From NCBI GenBank assembly GCA_043797085.1, contig JAZDQA010000006.1:64001-128000 (forward strand): a stretch of DNA of 64,000 nt, in the 5' to 3' direction. A program made the translations under genes and the position numbers. The notes below the pieces were generated by a model. It made no database searches. It was not told the origin of the DNA and saw only the letters and a program-made list of their open reading frames with translations. This stretch comes from Pseudomonadota bacterium (GTDB lineage: Bacteria; Campylobacterota; Campylobacteria; Campylobacterales; Sulfurimonadaceae). Positions 1 through 10,202 of the stretch are shown here, one piece after another. Each line of letters opens with the position of its first letter. The first letter of the stretch is position 1.

Positions 1-440
1 TGCACTACAAAACAGACTTATTAAGCAACGCAGCGGTTTTAGTCTCTCTTGTAATCATTAGCTTGACGGAGTACACTCTTATAGACCCCTTGCTTGGGAT
101 AGGTATCAGCGCATATATGATTTATTCAGCCTTTCCTCTGATTCGTGATGGAATCATGATGCTGCTTGATGCCGCACTGCCGAGCGAAGATGTTGCAAAA
201 ATAATTGCTATTTTAGATAACGAAATGGGTATAAATTCCCATCACGATCTTCTTACGCGTCATTCTGCCTCTGATATCTATGTTAGCGTTCACATCGTTT
301 TTAGTATAAGCACCTCATTATACGATGCTCATCTAGTAGGTGACAAAATAGAACTGGCGCTAAAAAATTGCTTTCCGGACAATAATGTTCATCCCCTTAT
401 TCATCTTGATCCGTATGATGATTCAGAAGATGAGCATTAA
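1..440 (+). CDS. Cation diffusion facilitator (FieF-like) transporter, 3' part; begins before the window
   Basis: Frame is open from base 3: HYKTDLLSN (HxxxD transport motif), IDP helix, C-terminal dimerisation domain ending in IHLDP. Confidence 0.85.
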   Translation, partial: HYKTDLLSNAAVLVSLVIISLTEYTLIDPLLGIGISAYMIYSAFPLIRDGIMMLLDAALPSEDVAKIIAILDNEMGINSHHDLLTRHSASDIYVSVHIVFSISTSLYDAHLVGDKIELALKNCFPDNNVHPLIHLDPYDDSEDEH

Positions 441-441
441 A

Positions 442-894
442 TTATACGGAAAATTTTCCCTCTGGAAGAGCAAATATCCGTCGCTCCAAGCGATCAATAC
501 CCTCAATTAATTTGACAGACACTGCTTTAAGTTCATCATAATACGCTTTGGCTGCTTCTTGATTTTGAGGTGTTACTTTTTTGCGCATACCAAAAAACTT
601 GGAAAAAAGCGAACGATCTTCATCACTGAAATATATTTTAAAAATTTTCATATAAACATCATGAAGTTCAAAATGAAACTTTTCAATCTCTTTAAGACAA
701 TCCATATTCGGAATCATTCCAAGCACTTGACCCTCTCCATAAAACCACAAACCAAACTTACACTCCGTGCATCCAACAGGAACCTGTTCTTTCTCAATGG
801 GCAACCCCTCAATAAGAGCGTGCGCACGCTGAACCCACGTGATATGTGCTTTCTTCGCATTTCTTAGATGGGATAATGTATCTTCTTTAGTCAT
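442..894 (-). CDS. Stand-alone CZB (chemoreceptor zinc-binding) domain protein
   Basis: AHITW...CKFGLWFY...HFELH gives the 3His/1Cys pattern of CZB. Confidence 0.8.
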   Translation of the reverse strand: MTKEDTLSHLRNAKKAHITWVQRAHALIEGLPIEKEQVPVGCTECKFGLWFYGEGQVLGMIPNMDCLKEIEKFHFELHDVYMKIFKIYFSDEDRSLFSKFFGMRKKVTPQNQEAAKAYYDELKAVSVKLIEGIDRLERRIFALPEGKFSV

Positions 895-1011
895 AGTATA
901 ATTTTCCTTTTTACGTTCAATCTATCGAGTCTGTTTAATTGGTTAAAAAATCATAGCATTTTTCTATCACATCGTTATAATATTTTTAAATAAATTTAAC
1001 TAAAACGATAT

Positions 1012-2583
1012 TTATCGTGCGAACTCTATCGTACGGCTCTCTCGGATGACATTCACTTTTATCTCACCGGGGAACTGTACTTTTTGGGCAATTTCATCCG
1101 CAATTTCGCGTGCCAGCAATGCACTCTCATCATCACTGATACTCTGTGCATTGACAATAACACGCACTTCACGTCCCGCATTGATGGCATACGCTTGTTT
1201 GACACCGTATTTTGCCGTCGCGATTTCTTCGATTTCACTCACACGACGCAAGAAACTTTCCAACACTTCACGCCGCGCACCCGGACGTGCTGCGGAGAGG
1301 CTATCTGCAGCACACACACACGCGCACTCGACACTTTTTATCTCTTCTTGCCCATGATGAGCATAAATGGCGTTAATCACGACAGGATCTTCACCAAGAC
1401 GTCGGCATACTTCTACACCCAAATCTACATGATTTCCCCCTGCACTCTCTTGAGTCAGCGATTTGCCAATATCATGAAGCAATCCTGCCCGCTTGGCAAG
1501 ACGGACATCTCCACCCATCTCAGCTGCCATTAATCCTGCCAAATGTGCTACTTCAAGCGTATGAGCCAAAGCGTTTTGTCCATAACTCGCACGATAACGA
1601 AGCCGTCCTATCAATCGACAAAGCTCAGGATGCATAACACCAAGCCCTAAATCAAAAACGATCTCTTCACCCTCACGCAAAATTCCTTCTTCAAACTCAT
1701 CGACAACTTTTTGGTAAATTTCCTCAATACGTGCCGGCTGAATCCGTCCATCTTCGACCAAAAGCCCAATCGTTTTCGTAGCAATCGCACGACGATAAAG
1801 ATTAAATGAACTTACGACAATCGTATTGGGTGTTTCATCAATGATAATATCAACACCCGTTACCATTTCTATTGCTTTGATATTGCGCCCTTCTTTACCG
1901 ATAATGCGCCCTTTTAGCTCATCGCTTTCCAGATGAATGACACTAATAAGGCGTTCAGAGGCAAATTCACCCGCAAATCGTGATGTCGCTTGTCCCAAAA
2001 TATAATCGGCTTTGCGCTTGAGCTGATCTTTTGTTTGTTCTTCAAGCTGACGCGTTAATCGTCCCAATTCTAATCGGGAATCATTACGCACTTGTTCGAG
2101 CAATAATGTTTTAGCTTCTTGTACCGAAAGAGAACAACGCCCCTCTAATACCGAAGTAACTTGTTGTGTTTTTTGGTGATATTCTTCTTTTAATTTCTCT
2201 AAAGCACGCTCACTTCGTTCCAGATTCAATCGCGTATTTTCGATTCCGCTACGCAAAGTATTTATCGCATTCGACTCACTCAGACGAAAAGCCTCAAAAT
2301 CACTTTGCAATTGAAGCACATGTGCTTCTTGGATACTCAAATCACTCTTCGCACGGCTGTACACTTCGTCATATTTACGAATCGCTTCTTTTTCAATTTC
2401 ATTCGATCTTGACGTTGCACGTAACAGTAAGTTTTGCGCTTCTGACTCTATGGCATTTGCTTTTGCGCGCGCTTGCGCTTCATAATGTTCGAAACTAGAA
2501 AGTGATATTTTTCTTGAAATTAAAAATCCGACTATCCCGCTTAAAGTGGCTATGCCACTGCCTATGAGCAGGCTGTTTAACAT
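1012..2583 (-). CDS. rny: Ribonuclease Y
   Basis: N-terminal TM helix, coiled coil, KH domain (KGRIIGKEGRNI), HD motif (LLHDIGK), SAARPGARRE. Confidence 0.97.
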   Translation of the reverse strand: MLNSLLIGSGIATLSGIVGFLISRKISLSSFEHYEAQARAKANAIESEAQNLLLRATSRSNEIEKEAIRKYDEVYSRAKSDLSIQEAHVLQLQSDFEAFRLSESNAINTLRSGIENTRLNLERSERALEKLKEEYHQKTQQVTSVLEGRCSLSVQEAKTLLLEQVRNDSRLELGRLTRQLEEQTKDQLKRKADYILGQATSRFAGEFASERLISVIHLESDELKGRIIGKEGRNIKAIEMVTGVDIIIDETPNTIVVSSFNLYRRAIATKTIGLLVEDGRIQPARIEEIYQKVVDEFEEGILREGEEIVFDLGLGVMHPELCRLIGRLRYRASYGQNALAHTLEVAHLAGLMAAEMGGDVRLAKRAGLLHDIGKSLTQESAGGNHVDLGVEVCRRLGEDPVVINAIYAHHGQEEIKSVECACVCAADSLSAARPGARREVLESFLRRVSEIEEIATAKYGVKQAYAINAGREVRVIVNAQSISDDESALLAREIADEIAQKVQFPGEIKVNVIRESRTIEFAR

Positions 2584-3133
2584 GAAAATCCTTCATTCTA
2601 CGCACCCCATCAGGTGTGATCAGTAAATCACCTTGTATATCATAATCATCACACAGCGGTAATGCAGTATAGCAAACACATGACTGTACAAAAATTGTTA
2701 ACGGTTTACGTTTTAGTGTGGGAAAAAAACGATCATACATACCTTTGCCAAAACCAATTCGGCGTCCGGCTCCATCCACACCCACGACGGGGACAATAGC
2801 AATATCAATTAATTTTATATTTAAGTTAGAAATCCGTGGCTCATGAATCCCGAAGGCTTTACGCTCCAACGGCAACCTTAATGGTACCATTTTGAAACTG
2901 ACGTCATCCATAAACGGTAAATATAATGATTTTTTAGAGCGTAACTCAAAAATAGTACGACGAATGTCCACTTCAAAACCAAAAGGCCAATAAAATAAAA
3001 TTCGCTTCGCTTTATGATGACGTAAAAATTTTAAAAGATACTGATTAACACGGAAATCTCGATATATTTTACCTGTTTTTGGAAGATTTCTTTGTTTTTT
3101 TAAACATTGGTCACGAAAATCATTTTTGGTCAC
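2495..3133 (-). CDS. 5-formyltetrahydrofolate cyclo-ligase
   Basis: FGIHEP, VPVVGVD..GRRIGFGKGMYDRF, DDYDIQGDLLIT motifs; 3' end overlaps rny. Confidence 0.92.
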   Translation of the reverse strand: MTKNDFRDQCLKKQRNLPKTGKIYRDFRVNQYLLKFLRHHKAKRILFYWPFGFEVDIRRTIFELRSKKSLYLPFMDDVSFKMVPLRLPLERKAFGIHEPRISNLNIKLIDIAIVPVVGVDGAGRRIGFGKGMYDRFFPTLKRKPLTIFVQSCVCYTALPLCDDYDIQGDLLITPDGVRRMKDFHVKQPAHRQWHSHFKRDSRIFNFKKNITF

Positions 3134-3189
3134 TTCTAAACCTTTTTCGATATAATCATCATATTCTAGCCAATTTACAAAGGTTATCC

Positions 3190-3738
3190 ATGCGTTTATC
3201 CACTTTTTACATCTCTTTAGTTTCTGCCATGCTGCTCTTTACCGGATGCGGTGACAACTCGCCCGAAGAATCAATGGTCTCTACTGCCACTTTCAATCTG
3301 CTCGACACTCAAGGAAAATCGTACAGTGTTGAAAAAAAAGGGACCAATTTTACCCTCAGTGACAGTGATGACAAAGTTGTACTTTTTGATATTTTTGCTA
3401 CGTGGTGTCCTCCTTGCCGTGCAGAAGTACGTCATTTAGGTAATTTACAAAAAAAATATGGCGATGATTTGATCATTATGGGTCTAACAATCGAAGATGA
3501 TGTCTCTAATAATGATCTGGAAAAATTCAAAGAAAAATACGGCGGACAATATCTCATTTCCAACAAAGCTCAAAACCAAGACCTAGCCCGTGCCATAGCG
3601 TCCACCATCGGTGTAGGGCAACAATTTCCAATCCCGCTTATGGTTTTATATAAAGACGGTCAATACATCACACACTATTCAGGTGCAACACCTGAAGAGA
3701 TGATAGACAGTGACATTGCTCAGGCATTAGGTAAATAA
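3190..3738 (+). CDS. TlpA-family thiol:disulfide oxidoreductase lipoprotein
   Basis: ATG at 3190 gives lipobox LFTGC; FATWCPPC active-site motif. Confidence 0.88.
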   Translation: MRLSTFYISLVSAMLLFTGCGDNSPEESMVSTATFNLLDTQGKSYSVEKKGTNFTLSDSDDKVVLFDIFATWCPPCRAEVRHLGNLQKKYGDDLIIMGLTIEDDVSNNDLEKFKEKYGGQYLISNKAQNQDLARAIASTIGVGQQFPIPLMVLYKDGQYITHYSGATPEEMIDSDIAQALGK

Positions 3739-4628
3739 TGATGTTTAGTTTTATAAAAAAAGGGCTGCAAAAAACGATTGAAGCCATAAGTGCTATCGTC
3801 CCTGAAAAAAAACTTACCATCACCAAAGACGAACTCGAAAATATCCTTCTCGAAGCGGATGTCGAATATGATCTCGTCGAAATAATTTTACGTGAACTCT
3901 ATCAAAATGAAGTAAGCCGTGAGCAATTACGATCAAAACTTCTCGCAACACTCAGCTTTGCTCAAAACACACTTCCTGAAAATCCCGACAAACCTACCGT
4001 AACTCTCATCATCGGAGTCAATGGTGCCGGAAAAACAACAACCATTGCAAAACTGGCACAACGTCATCTCAACAACGGTGAACGTGTTATTTTAGGAGCT
4101 GGCGACACATTCCGAGCTGCTGCTATCGAACAGCTCACTCGCTGGGCCGATAAGCTCGAAATCCCTATTGTCTCATCTCGACAAGGTCATGATCCTAGTG
4201 CTGTCGCCTACGACACAATCGAATCAGCTAAAGCACGAGGGTTTGAGCAAGTTATCATTGACACCGCAGGACGTTTACATACCCAAACCAATCTCGGCAA
4301 TGAGCTTAAAAAAATCGTCCGTATCTGTGACAAAGCACACACAGGAGCACCACATCACAAAATTCTAATCCTCGATGGCACACAAGGAAGCTCCGCCATC
4401 GCTCAAGCCAAAGCATTTAATGAAATGATCGGCATCGATGGAATTATCATCACCAAACTCGACGGCACTGCCAAAGGAGGCTCCGTTTTCAGTATCGCCT
4501 ACGCGCTTGAACTTCCGATTCTCTTCATCGGTGTAGGTGAACAGCCGGAGCATTTGATACCGTTTAACAAATATGAGTTTGTGGATGGAATTTTGGATGC
4601 GATTTATGGGGAAGAAAATCAAAAATAA
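3738..4628 (+). CDS. ftsY: Signal recognition particle receptor FtsY
   Basis: GVNGAGKTTT, DTFRAAA, DTAGR, TKLDGTAKGG. Confidence 0.97.
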   Translation: MMFSFIKKGLQKTIEAISAIVPEKKLTITKDELENILLEADVEYDLVEIILRELYQNEVSREQLRSKLLATLSFAQNTLPENPDKPTVTLIIGVNGAGKTTTIAKLAQRHLNNGERVILGAGDTFRAAAIEQLTRWADKLEIPIVSSRQGHDPSAVAYDTIESAKARGFEQVIIDTAGRLHTQTNLGNELKKIVRICDKAHTGAPHHKILILDGTQGSSAIAQAKAFNEMIGIDGIIITKLDGTAKGGSVFSIAYALELPILFIGVGEQPEHLIPFNKYEFVDGILDAIYGEENQK

Positions 4629-5980
4629 TGGCAAAGAAAAAAACAACCCTTTTCGAATGTCAACACTGCGGTTTTACCACTCCTAAATGGATGGGGAAAT
4701 GTACCAACTGTGGTGGTTGGGACAGTTTTGTTGAGCTGAATGAACAGCAGCAGGATATTATCAAACTCACCTCTTCATCATCACCCTCAGATGCTTCCAA
4801 AGCCAAAGAGATTACTAAAATCCAAGAAGAGACGACAGAGCGCTACAGTAGCGATGATGCTGAACTTGATATGGTACTTGGCGGCGGGATTGTTCCGGGG
4901 TCGTTGGTGCTTATCGGTGGGAGTCCCGGGGTTGGGAAATCGACGCTATTGCTCAAAATCGGTTCAAATCTCGCTCGTCAAAATAAAAATGTATTGTATG
5001 TATCAGGAGAAGAGAGCGAGGGGCAAATCAAACTGCGCGCCAACCGTTTGGGTGCGAATGTCGATAATCTCTATCTCTTGGCTGAAATACGACTGGAACA
5101 AGTTCTCTCCGAATTGCATGAGAGAGCTTATGAGTGTATCATCATTGACTCCATTCAGACCCTCTATTCCGAGTCCATAGCGTCTGCTCCCGGATCGGTA
5201 ACGCAAGTGCGCCAAATTACTTTTGATTTAATGCGTATTGCCAAAGAAAGACGTATAGCGATTTTCATCATCGGGCATATTACCAAAGAAGGCTCGATTG
5301 CCGGACCACGGGTACTAGAGCATATGGTCGATGTCGTCCTCTATTTCGAAGGGGACAGCGGTCATGAACTTCGTATTTTACGGGGCTTTAAAAATCGTTT
5401 TGGTCCTACGAGTGAAATTGGTGTTTTTGAGATGCGTTCGGAAGGACTTATGTCGGCAAAAGATCTCTCCTCACGTTTTTTTAATCGCAATAAATCTCAG
5501 AGCGGATCTGCTTTAACGGTCATTATGGAGGGATCGCGCCCCATCGTCTTAGAAGTGCAAGCACTGGTAAGTGACACTCATGCCCCAAATCCCAAACGCC
5601 AAGCAACGGGATTTGATAACAATCGCCTTAATATGCTTTTAGCACTCTTAGAGCGTAAACTCGAGATCCCTCTCAACAGCTATGATGTTTTTGTCAACAT
5701 CACCGGCGGTATCAAGATCACAGAAACCTCTGCTGATTTAGCCATTTTAGCTGCCATTATTAGCAGTTTTCGTAACCGTTCTATTTCTAAAGAAACGGTT
5801 TTTATCGGTGAAGTCTCCCTCGTAGGGGATATTCGTGAAGTCTATCAGCTTGATCAGCGACTTAAAGAAGCACATTCTCAGCAAATCACAAAAGCACTGA
5901 TCCCGAAAAAACCGCTCGAAAAAACCGCCATTAAATGCTACGAAATTGATGAAGTCAGTAAGCTATTGGAGTGGTTTTAA
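4628..5980 (+). CDS. radA: DNA repair protein RadA/Sms
   Basis: CxxC-CxxC zinc finger, GSPGVGKST, KNRFG motif. Confidence 0.97.
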   Translation: MAKKKTTLFECQHCGFTTPKWMGKCTNCGGWDSFVELNEQQQDIIKLTSSSSPSDASKAKEITKIQEETTERYSSDDAELDMVLGGGIVPGSLVLIGGSPGVGKSTLLLKIGSNLARQNKNVLYVSGEESEGQIKLRANRLGANVDNLYLLAEIRLEQVLSELHERAYECIIIDSIQTLYSESIASAPGSVTQVRQITFDLMRIAKERRIAIFIIGHITKEGSIAGPRVLEHMVDVVLYFEGDSGHELRILRGFKNRFGPTSEIGVFEMRSEGLMSAKDLSSRFFNRNKSQSGSALTVIMEGSRPIVLEVQALVSDTHAPNPKRQATGFDNNRLNMLLALLERKLEIPLNSYDVFVNITGGIKITETSADLAILAAIISSFRNRSISKETVFIGEVSLVGDIREVYQLDQRLKEAHSQQITKALIPKKPLEKTAIKCYEIDEVSKLLEWF

Positions 5981-6025
5981 CGCTTCTAAGCTATAATAAG
6001 CCTATTAAACCAAAGGACATTTACC

Positions 6026-6298
6026 ATGACAGAATGCTCTATTATTGCAGATCATAAATCCGAAGAACGATACACTAAACTTTCACTTGCTTATTCTACA
6101 CAGCAAGAAAAAGAACAAATTGAAGATGCCATTTCACAATGTACTACAGAATGTTCTGTTCAACCCATTATTTATGGCGGGGATGTAATCGGTGGGAAAA
6201 AAATGATTACCATCGAATACCATGATGATTGTGATCGTGAGGGAGGCGCTGTCTATGAAAAGATTTTATGCACTCTTGGGATCAAAGAATGTCATTAA
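6026..6298 (+). CDS. Small Cys/His/acid-rich hypothetical protein overlapping the carbonic anhydrase start
   Basis: 90-aa ORF with AAGGA RBS and an upstream TATAAT (5992-5997). Confidence 0.7.
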   Translation: MTECSIIADHKSEERYTKLSLAYSTQQEKEQIEDAISQCTTECSVQPIIYGGDVIGGKKMITIEYHDDCDREGGAVYEKILCTLGIKECH

Positions 6299-6969
6299 GC
6301 CGTAACAGCTCGGATAAAAGTGCTCAACTTCTTCAGGAATTTGTAAAGGGAAATGAAACTTTTCAACAAACTTATTTCAAAAAACATGAAGAGCAACTCC
6401 TTAATCTTGTCCAAAATGGACAAAATCCTCGTGCCTTATTTATCGGATGCTCAGATTCACGGGTTATCCCCGATCTGATTGTTCAGACACGTCCTGGTGA
6501 TCTGTTTGTTATTCGCAACGTGGGAAATTTTGTTGCACCTTATAAACCCGATGAAGATTTTCACTCAACTGCTGCCGGAATCGAATATGCCGTTGCCGTT
6601 TTGGAGGTTTCTGAGATTATTATTTGTGGACATTCTCATTGCGGAGCGATTGAAGCACTCTATAATCCTACCTGCGATACAACGATGGTTCATACGGCTA
6701 AATGGCTGACATTGGGAGAAAAAGCAAAATCAATGGCGATGATAGCTTTAGGTGACAATGCACCTCGCGAGGAATTGCTTCGGGCAACAGAACAGCTTTC
6801 CGTTGTGACCCAAATTGAAAATCTTCTCACCTATCCGTATGTAAAAAAATTAGCGGAAGAAGAAAAACTTTTTATCCATGGCTGGTACTATGACATCGAA
6901 ACAGGTGCCATAGAATATTATGATCCTGAAATATTTCAGTTTCGCCCACTTAGTGAGCTTGGGGAATAA
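6289..6969 (+). CDS. Beta-class carbonic anhydrase
   Basis: CSDSR and HSHCG zinc ligands, RNVGN, GWYYDIETG; likely start at ATG 6289. Confidence 0.95.
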   Translation: MSLSRNSSDKSAQLLQEFVKGNETFQQTYFKKHEEQLLNLVQNGQNPRALFIGCSDSRVIPDLIVQTRPGDLFVIRNVGNFVAPYKPDEDFHSTAAGIEYAVAVLEVSEIIICGHSHCGAIEALYNPTCDTTMVHTAKWLTLGEKAKSMAMIALGDNAPREELLRATEQLSVVTQIENLLTYPYVKKLAEEEKLFIHGWYYDIETGAIEYYDPEIFQFRPLSELGE

Positions 6970-7764
6970 TTACCAATCCAAATACAAAAATAACGATGAC
7001 ATAAAGTAGTTGGCAATAAAGATTGCTACTGCTGAATAAACAACAGCATAGATCGTTGATTGTCCTACCCCTCGTGCTCCGCCTGTTGTGTTGTATCCGA
7101 TATAACTTCCAATAGCACTTACAATCCATCCAAATACTGCGGCTTTAATAACTCCGGTCATAATGTCATTAAGTTCACCAAATCGCATTACGGTATCTTG
7201 ATATGCGATAGGATTTATCCCAAGCGCACCCGTTGAAATAAAATACGCGGATGAAACAGCAATAAAATCGAACCATATAACAAGCAAGGGAAGAGAAATC
7301 ACAGTTGCAACAATTCTAGGTACCAATAGATACTCTTTTGAATCGACCCCTAAGATATCAATCGCATCAATCTGCTCACTCACTTTCATCGTCCCAAGCT
7401 CTGCAGCCATTGCACTAATGGAACGAGAAATAAGCATCAATGAGGCAAATACAGGTCCAAGCTCTTTGGTGATTGAGAGAAAAATCGTGTATCCGATAAA
7501 ACTTTCAATACCAAATTGATGAAATCCGCTGTACAGCTGAATTGCTTCCACCATTCCCGTAAACAATGCAGTGAGCGTTACAACACCCACACAGCCAAAT
7601 CCGATAATATCTATTTGAGTTAAGAGAATTGTTGGGCGTTTAAAAACTTTTGGATAAAGACGAAGTAGTCTAATCTGAAACAAAATAAACACGCCAAAAC
7701 GCTCAAGACTCTCAAATAGTGATAAAAAAGGACGTCCAATAAATCCAAAAATTGACTCAATCAT
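6970..7764 (-). CDS. mlaE: MlaE-family ABC transporter permease
   Basis: KELGPV, AAELGTMKVSEQIDA, GGARGVG motifs. Confidence 0.9.
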   Translation of the reverse strand: MIESIFGFIGRPFLSLFESLERFGVFILFQIRLLRLYPKVFKRPTILLTQIDIIGFGCVGVVTLTALFTGMVEAIQLYSGFHQFGIESFIGYTIFLSITKELGPVFASLMLISRSISAMAAELGTMKVSEQIDAIDILGVDSKEYLLVPRIVATVISLPLLVIWFDFIAVSSAYFISTGALGINPIAYQDTVMRFGELNDIMTGVIKAAVFGWIVSAIGSYIGYNTTGGARGVGQSTIYAVVYSAVAIFIANYFMSSLFLYLDW

Positions 7765-7868
7765 ACTCTAAACCCCTCTTTGCTCTTACAAGTTTACTCA
7801 AATCGGGATAAATTTCAAAGGTTTCAAGATACAATAAAGAAAATATTTACTTTCATAAGGAGCAACGG

Positions 7869-8459
7869 ATGGCTGAAAAAGAAAAAGGACATCATGAAGA
7901 TGAGGTACCAGAGGGTGGTGAAAAGAAAAAATCGGGCAATTTACTCCTGATTATTATCATTGCAGTACTCTTTCTCGTTATTATTATTGGCGGGATTATC
8001 ACTTTTATGATGATGGGAAGCCATGAAGAAGAGTCGGGTGCAGCTAAAACCACTAAAGAAGCTTCAGCTCACGGTGACGAAAAGGCTGCTGAAGGTGAAG
8101 ATTCCGAACATAAAGATGAACCTGCAAGTGACAGTCATGGAGAGTCGTCAACTGAAGTTGGAATTATGTTTCCTCTGGATTTGTTCACGGTAAATCTCCT
8201 TTCTGAGAGCGGCAGACGCTATTTAAAAGTAGAAATGAATCTTGAACTCGAAGGTGAAGAATTAGCTATAGAACTCGAAGCCAAAAAACCGGTATTGCGC
8301 GATATTATTATCCGCATTCTCTCTTCAAAATCTCTCGAAGAGATTTCAACCGCCAAAGGTAAAGAGACGCTCAAAGAACAAATTGTATCAGAGCTCAATA
8401 CTAGAGTCAAAGACGGTAAAATTAAAAATGTTTACTTCGTTGATTTCGTTGTCCAATAA
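7869..8459 (+). CDS. fliL: Flagellar basal body-associated protein FliL
   Basis: Single N-terminal TM helix; FTVNL...RYLKV, LRDIII, GKETLK, VYFVDFVVQ. Confidence 0.92.
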   Translation: MAEKEKGHHEDEVPEGGEKKKSGNLLLIIIIAVLFLVIIIGGIITFMMMGSHEEESGAAKTTKEASAHGDEKAAEGEDSEHKDEPASDSHGESSTEVGIMFPLDLFTVNLLSESGRRYLKVEMNLELEGEELAIELEAKKPVLRDIIIRILSSKSLEEISTAKGKETLKEQIVSELNTRVKDGKIKNVYFVDFVVQ

Positions 8460-8465
8460 CGGCGT

Positions 8466-8816
8466 ATGATAGGAATTGACCTCATTAAAATTGATCGTAT
8501 GAAACGTCTCATGGAGCGTTTTGGCGATCATGGATTATCCAAGTTTTTATCTCCCGAAGAAATTACTCTTGTCAAAAACCACTCTACAGCCGCAGGATTT
8601 TGGGCGGCAAAAGAGGCGTGTTCAAAAGCACTTGGATGCGGGATTGGACATGAATGTGGATTTCACGATATAATTCTCTCCAAATCACCCAAAGGTGCCC
8701 CTCAAATTGCTTTGAGTTCTAAAGTACAAAATACTTTTGCTATCACCAGCACCTCTGTGTCCATTACCCACGATGGTGAATACGCCATTGCTGTCGTGGC
8801 ACTTTCTGCCTCTTAG
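8466..8816 (+). CDS. acpS: Holo-ACP synthase
   Basis: IGIDL, FWAAKEACSKALG, SITHDGEYA. Confidence 0.95.
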   Translation: MIGIDLIKIDRMKRLMERFGDHGLSKFLSPEEITLVKNHSTAAGFWAAKEACSKALGCGIGHECGFHDIILSKSPKGAPQIALSSKVQNTFAITSTSVSITHDGEYAIAVVALSAS

Positions 8817-8880
8817 AGGCAAGCTTTAGTGCCTCAGCGGCTAGCGTAGCCAAAGGGATAAATTCCTTTGGCGTTTAAAT
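8815..8880 (+). repeat. Structured intergenic element, copy 1 (leader of the PhnA-domain gene)
   Basis: 45-nt core matches the reverse complement at ~17084-17128 at 40/45 positions; hairpin GCCAAAGGGA-TAAA-TTCCTTTGGC at 8849-8872. Confidence 0.85.
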
Positions 8881-8900
8881 TAAATAATAAAAGGAAAAAT

Positions 8901-9443
8901 ATGCGCAATAATACCCAATGTGAACTTTGCGGTTCAACAGAAAACTTAGAACTACTCAATATCGGAGACGGAAGTGCAGAACAATCTCTCACTCTTTGTG
9001 AAACATGCCGCACACAAATATCGAATCCACAAAATCTTGATGCTGATCACTGGCGCTGTCTCAATGACTCCATGTGGAGTGAAACACCTGCTGTACAGGT
9101 AATGTCATATCGTCTTCTTAAAGCACTTGGAGAATCTGATCTTGTAGATATGATGTATTTCGAAGATGATGTTAAAAAATGGGCGGATTCAGGATTATTA
9201 AAAGGTTCTGAAGAATCAAGTGAAGGGGCAGTTGTTCATCGCGATAGCAATGGAACCATTTTGGTGGAGGGTGACACCGTCACACTGATTAAAGATTTAG
9301 AGGTAAAAGGGGCTGGTTTTACCGCCAAACGCGGTACTATCGTCAAAAACATCCATCTCACCGATGATGCTAAATTTATCGAAGGCAAAATTAACGGCAC
9401 TCAAATCGTCCTTGTTGCCGAATACATGAAGAAAAGTAACTAA
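8901..9443 (+). CDS. PhnA/YjdM-domain zinc-ribbon protein
   Basis: CELC...CETC, HWRCLNDSMWSE, C-terminal DSNG.L..GD.V.LIKDL.VKG; AAGGA RBS before ATG 8901. Confidence 0.88.
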   Translation: MRNNTQCELCGSTENLELLNIGDGSAEQSLTLCETCRTQISNPQNLDADHWRCLNDSMWSETPAVQVMSYRLLKALGESDLVDMMYFEDDVKKWADSGLLKGSEESSEGAVVHRDSNGTILVEGDTVTLIKDLEVKGAGFTAKRGTIVKNIHLTDDAKFIEGKINGTQIVLVAEYMKKSN

Positions 9444-9450
9444 CAATTAG

Positions 9451-9479
9451 AAAGCTTTTAGAATCACACTAAAAGCTTT
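9451..9479. terminator. Inverted repeat between convergent genes (probable bidirectional terminator)
   Basis: AAAGCTTTTAG-aatcaca-CTAAAAGCTTT. Confidence 0.55.
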
Positions 9480-9680
9480 TCACCCACCCCCAACGAAATC
9501 AAGCAACTCAATCACATCACCATCGTTCAATACAGCACTGTTCCAGACATCTTTTTTCACAATCTGCATATTGACTGCTGCTGCCATTACTCGCTCTTCT
9601 AGGCCCAAAGAATGGATTACATCAAACAGAGTTGAGCCCTCACCTATTTCACGCATTTCACCGTTTACTTTTACTTGCAT
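9480..9680 (-). CDS. thiS: Sulfur carrier protein ThiS
   Basis: 66 aa, VNG start, C-terminal FVGGG. Confidence 0.92.
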   Translation of the reverse strand: MQVKVNGEMREIGEGSTLFDVIHSLGLEERVMAAAVNMQIVKKDVWNSAVLNDGDVIELLDFVGGG

Positions 9681-9696
9681 TCTACTTCCTAGTACG

Positions 9697-10200
9697 TTAT
9701 TTTAACATTTGAGCAATGTTCATATTTTTCTTTGCCACTGCAAAATCGTACGGCGTTGCACCCTCATTATTTTTAACTTTCGGATCGGCTTTTGCTTTGA
9801 GCAAAAAATCGACCACTAAATCGTTTCCACTAAACGCCGCTTGATGCAGGGGGCTAATCCCCTCATTATTGGCTAAATTAACATCCGCACCGTTCATCAC
9901 CACAAAGGTTGTCAATTCCAAGTTTTTTTTCTTAACCGCTAAAATAAGCGGGGTATTTCCTTGGTTATCTTGAAAATCAATATCCGCACCCCGACTCAGT
10001 AAAAAACGTGCCATCTTAATATCTGAAAGTTTAATTGCAACATGTAAAGCGCTTAACCCTGCTTGGTTAGGTTCATCAATTTTATGTGTGGATTCTAAAT
10101 ATTTTTTTACTTTTACAATATTTCCTTCATATACGGCATCGTGTAATTCACCTGCATTTAGTAGCAATGTAAAAATAATAAATAAAAAAAATTGCTTCAT
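9697..10200 (-). CDS. Secreted ankyrin-repeat protein
   Basis: Signal peptide plus repeated G.TPLH/G.SALH ankyrin motifs. Confidence 0.9.
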   Translation of the reverse strand: MKQFFLFIIFTLLLNAGELHDAVYEGNIVKVKKYLESTHKIDEPNQAGLSALHVAIKLSDIKMARFLLSRGADIDFQDNQGNTPLILAVKKKNLELTTFVVMNGADVNLANNEGISPLHQAAFSGNDLVVDFLLKAKADPKVKNNEGATPYDFAVAKKNMNIAQMLK

Positions 10201-10202
10201 TT

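Noticed and set aside
3134..3189. 6S RNA upstream of the 5-formyl-THF cyclo-ligase gene
   Set aside because: Only 56 bp separate it from the divergent tlpA gene, too short for 6S RNA
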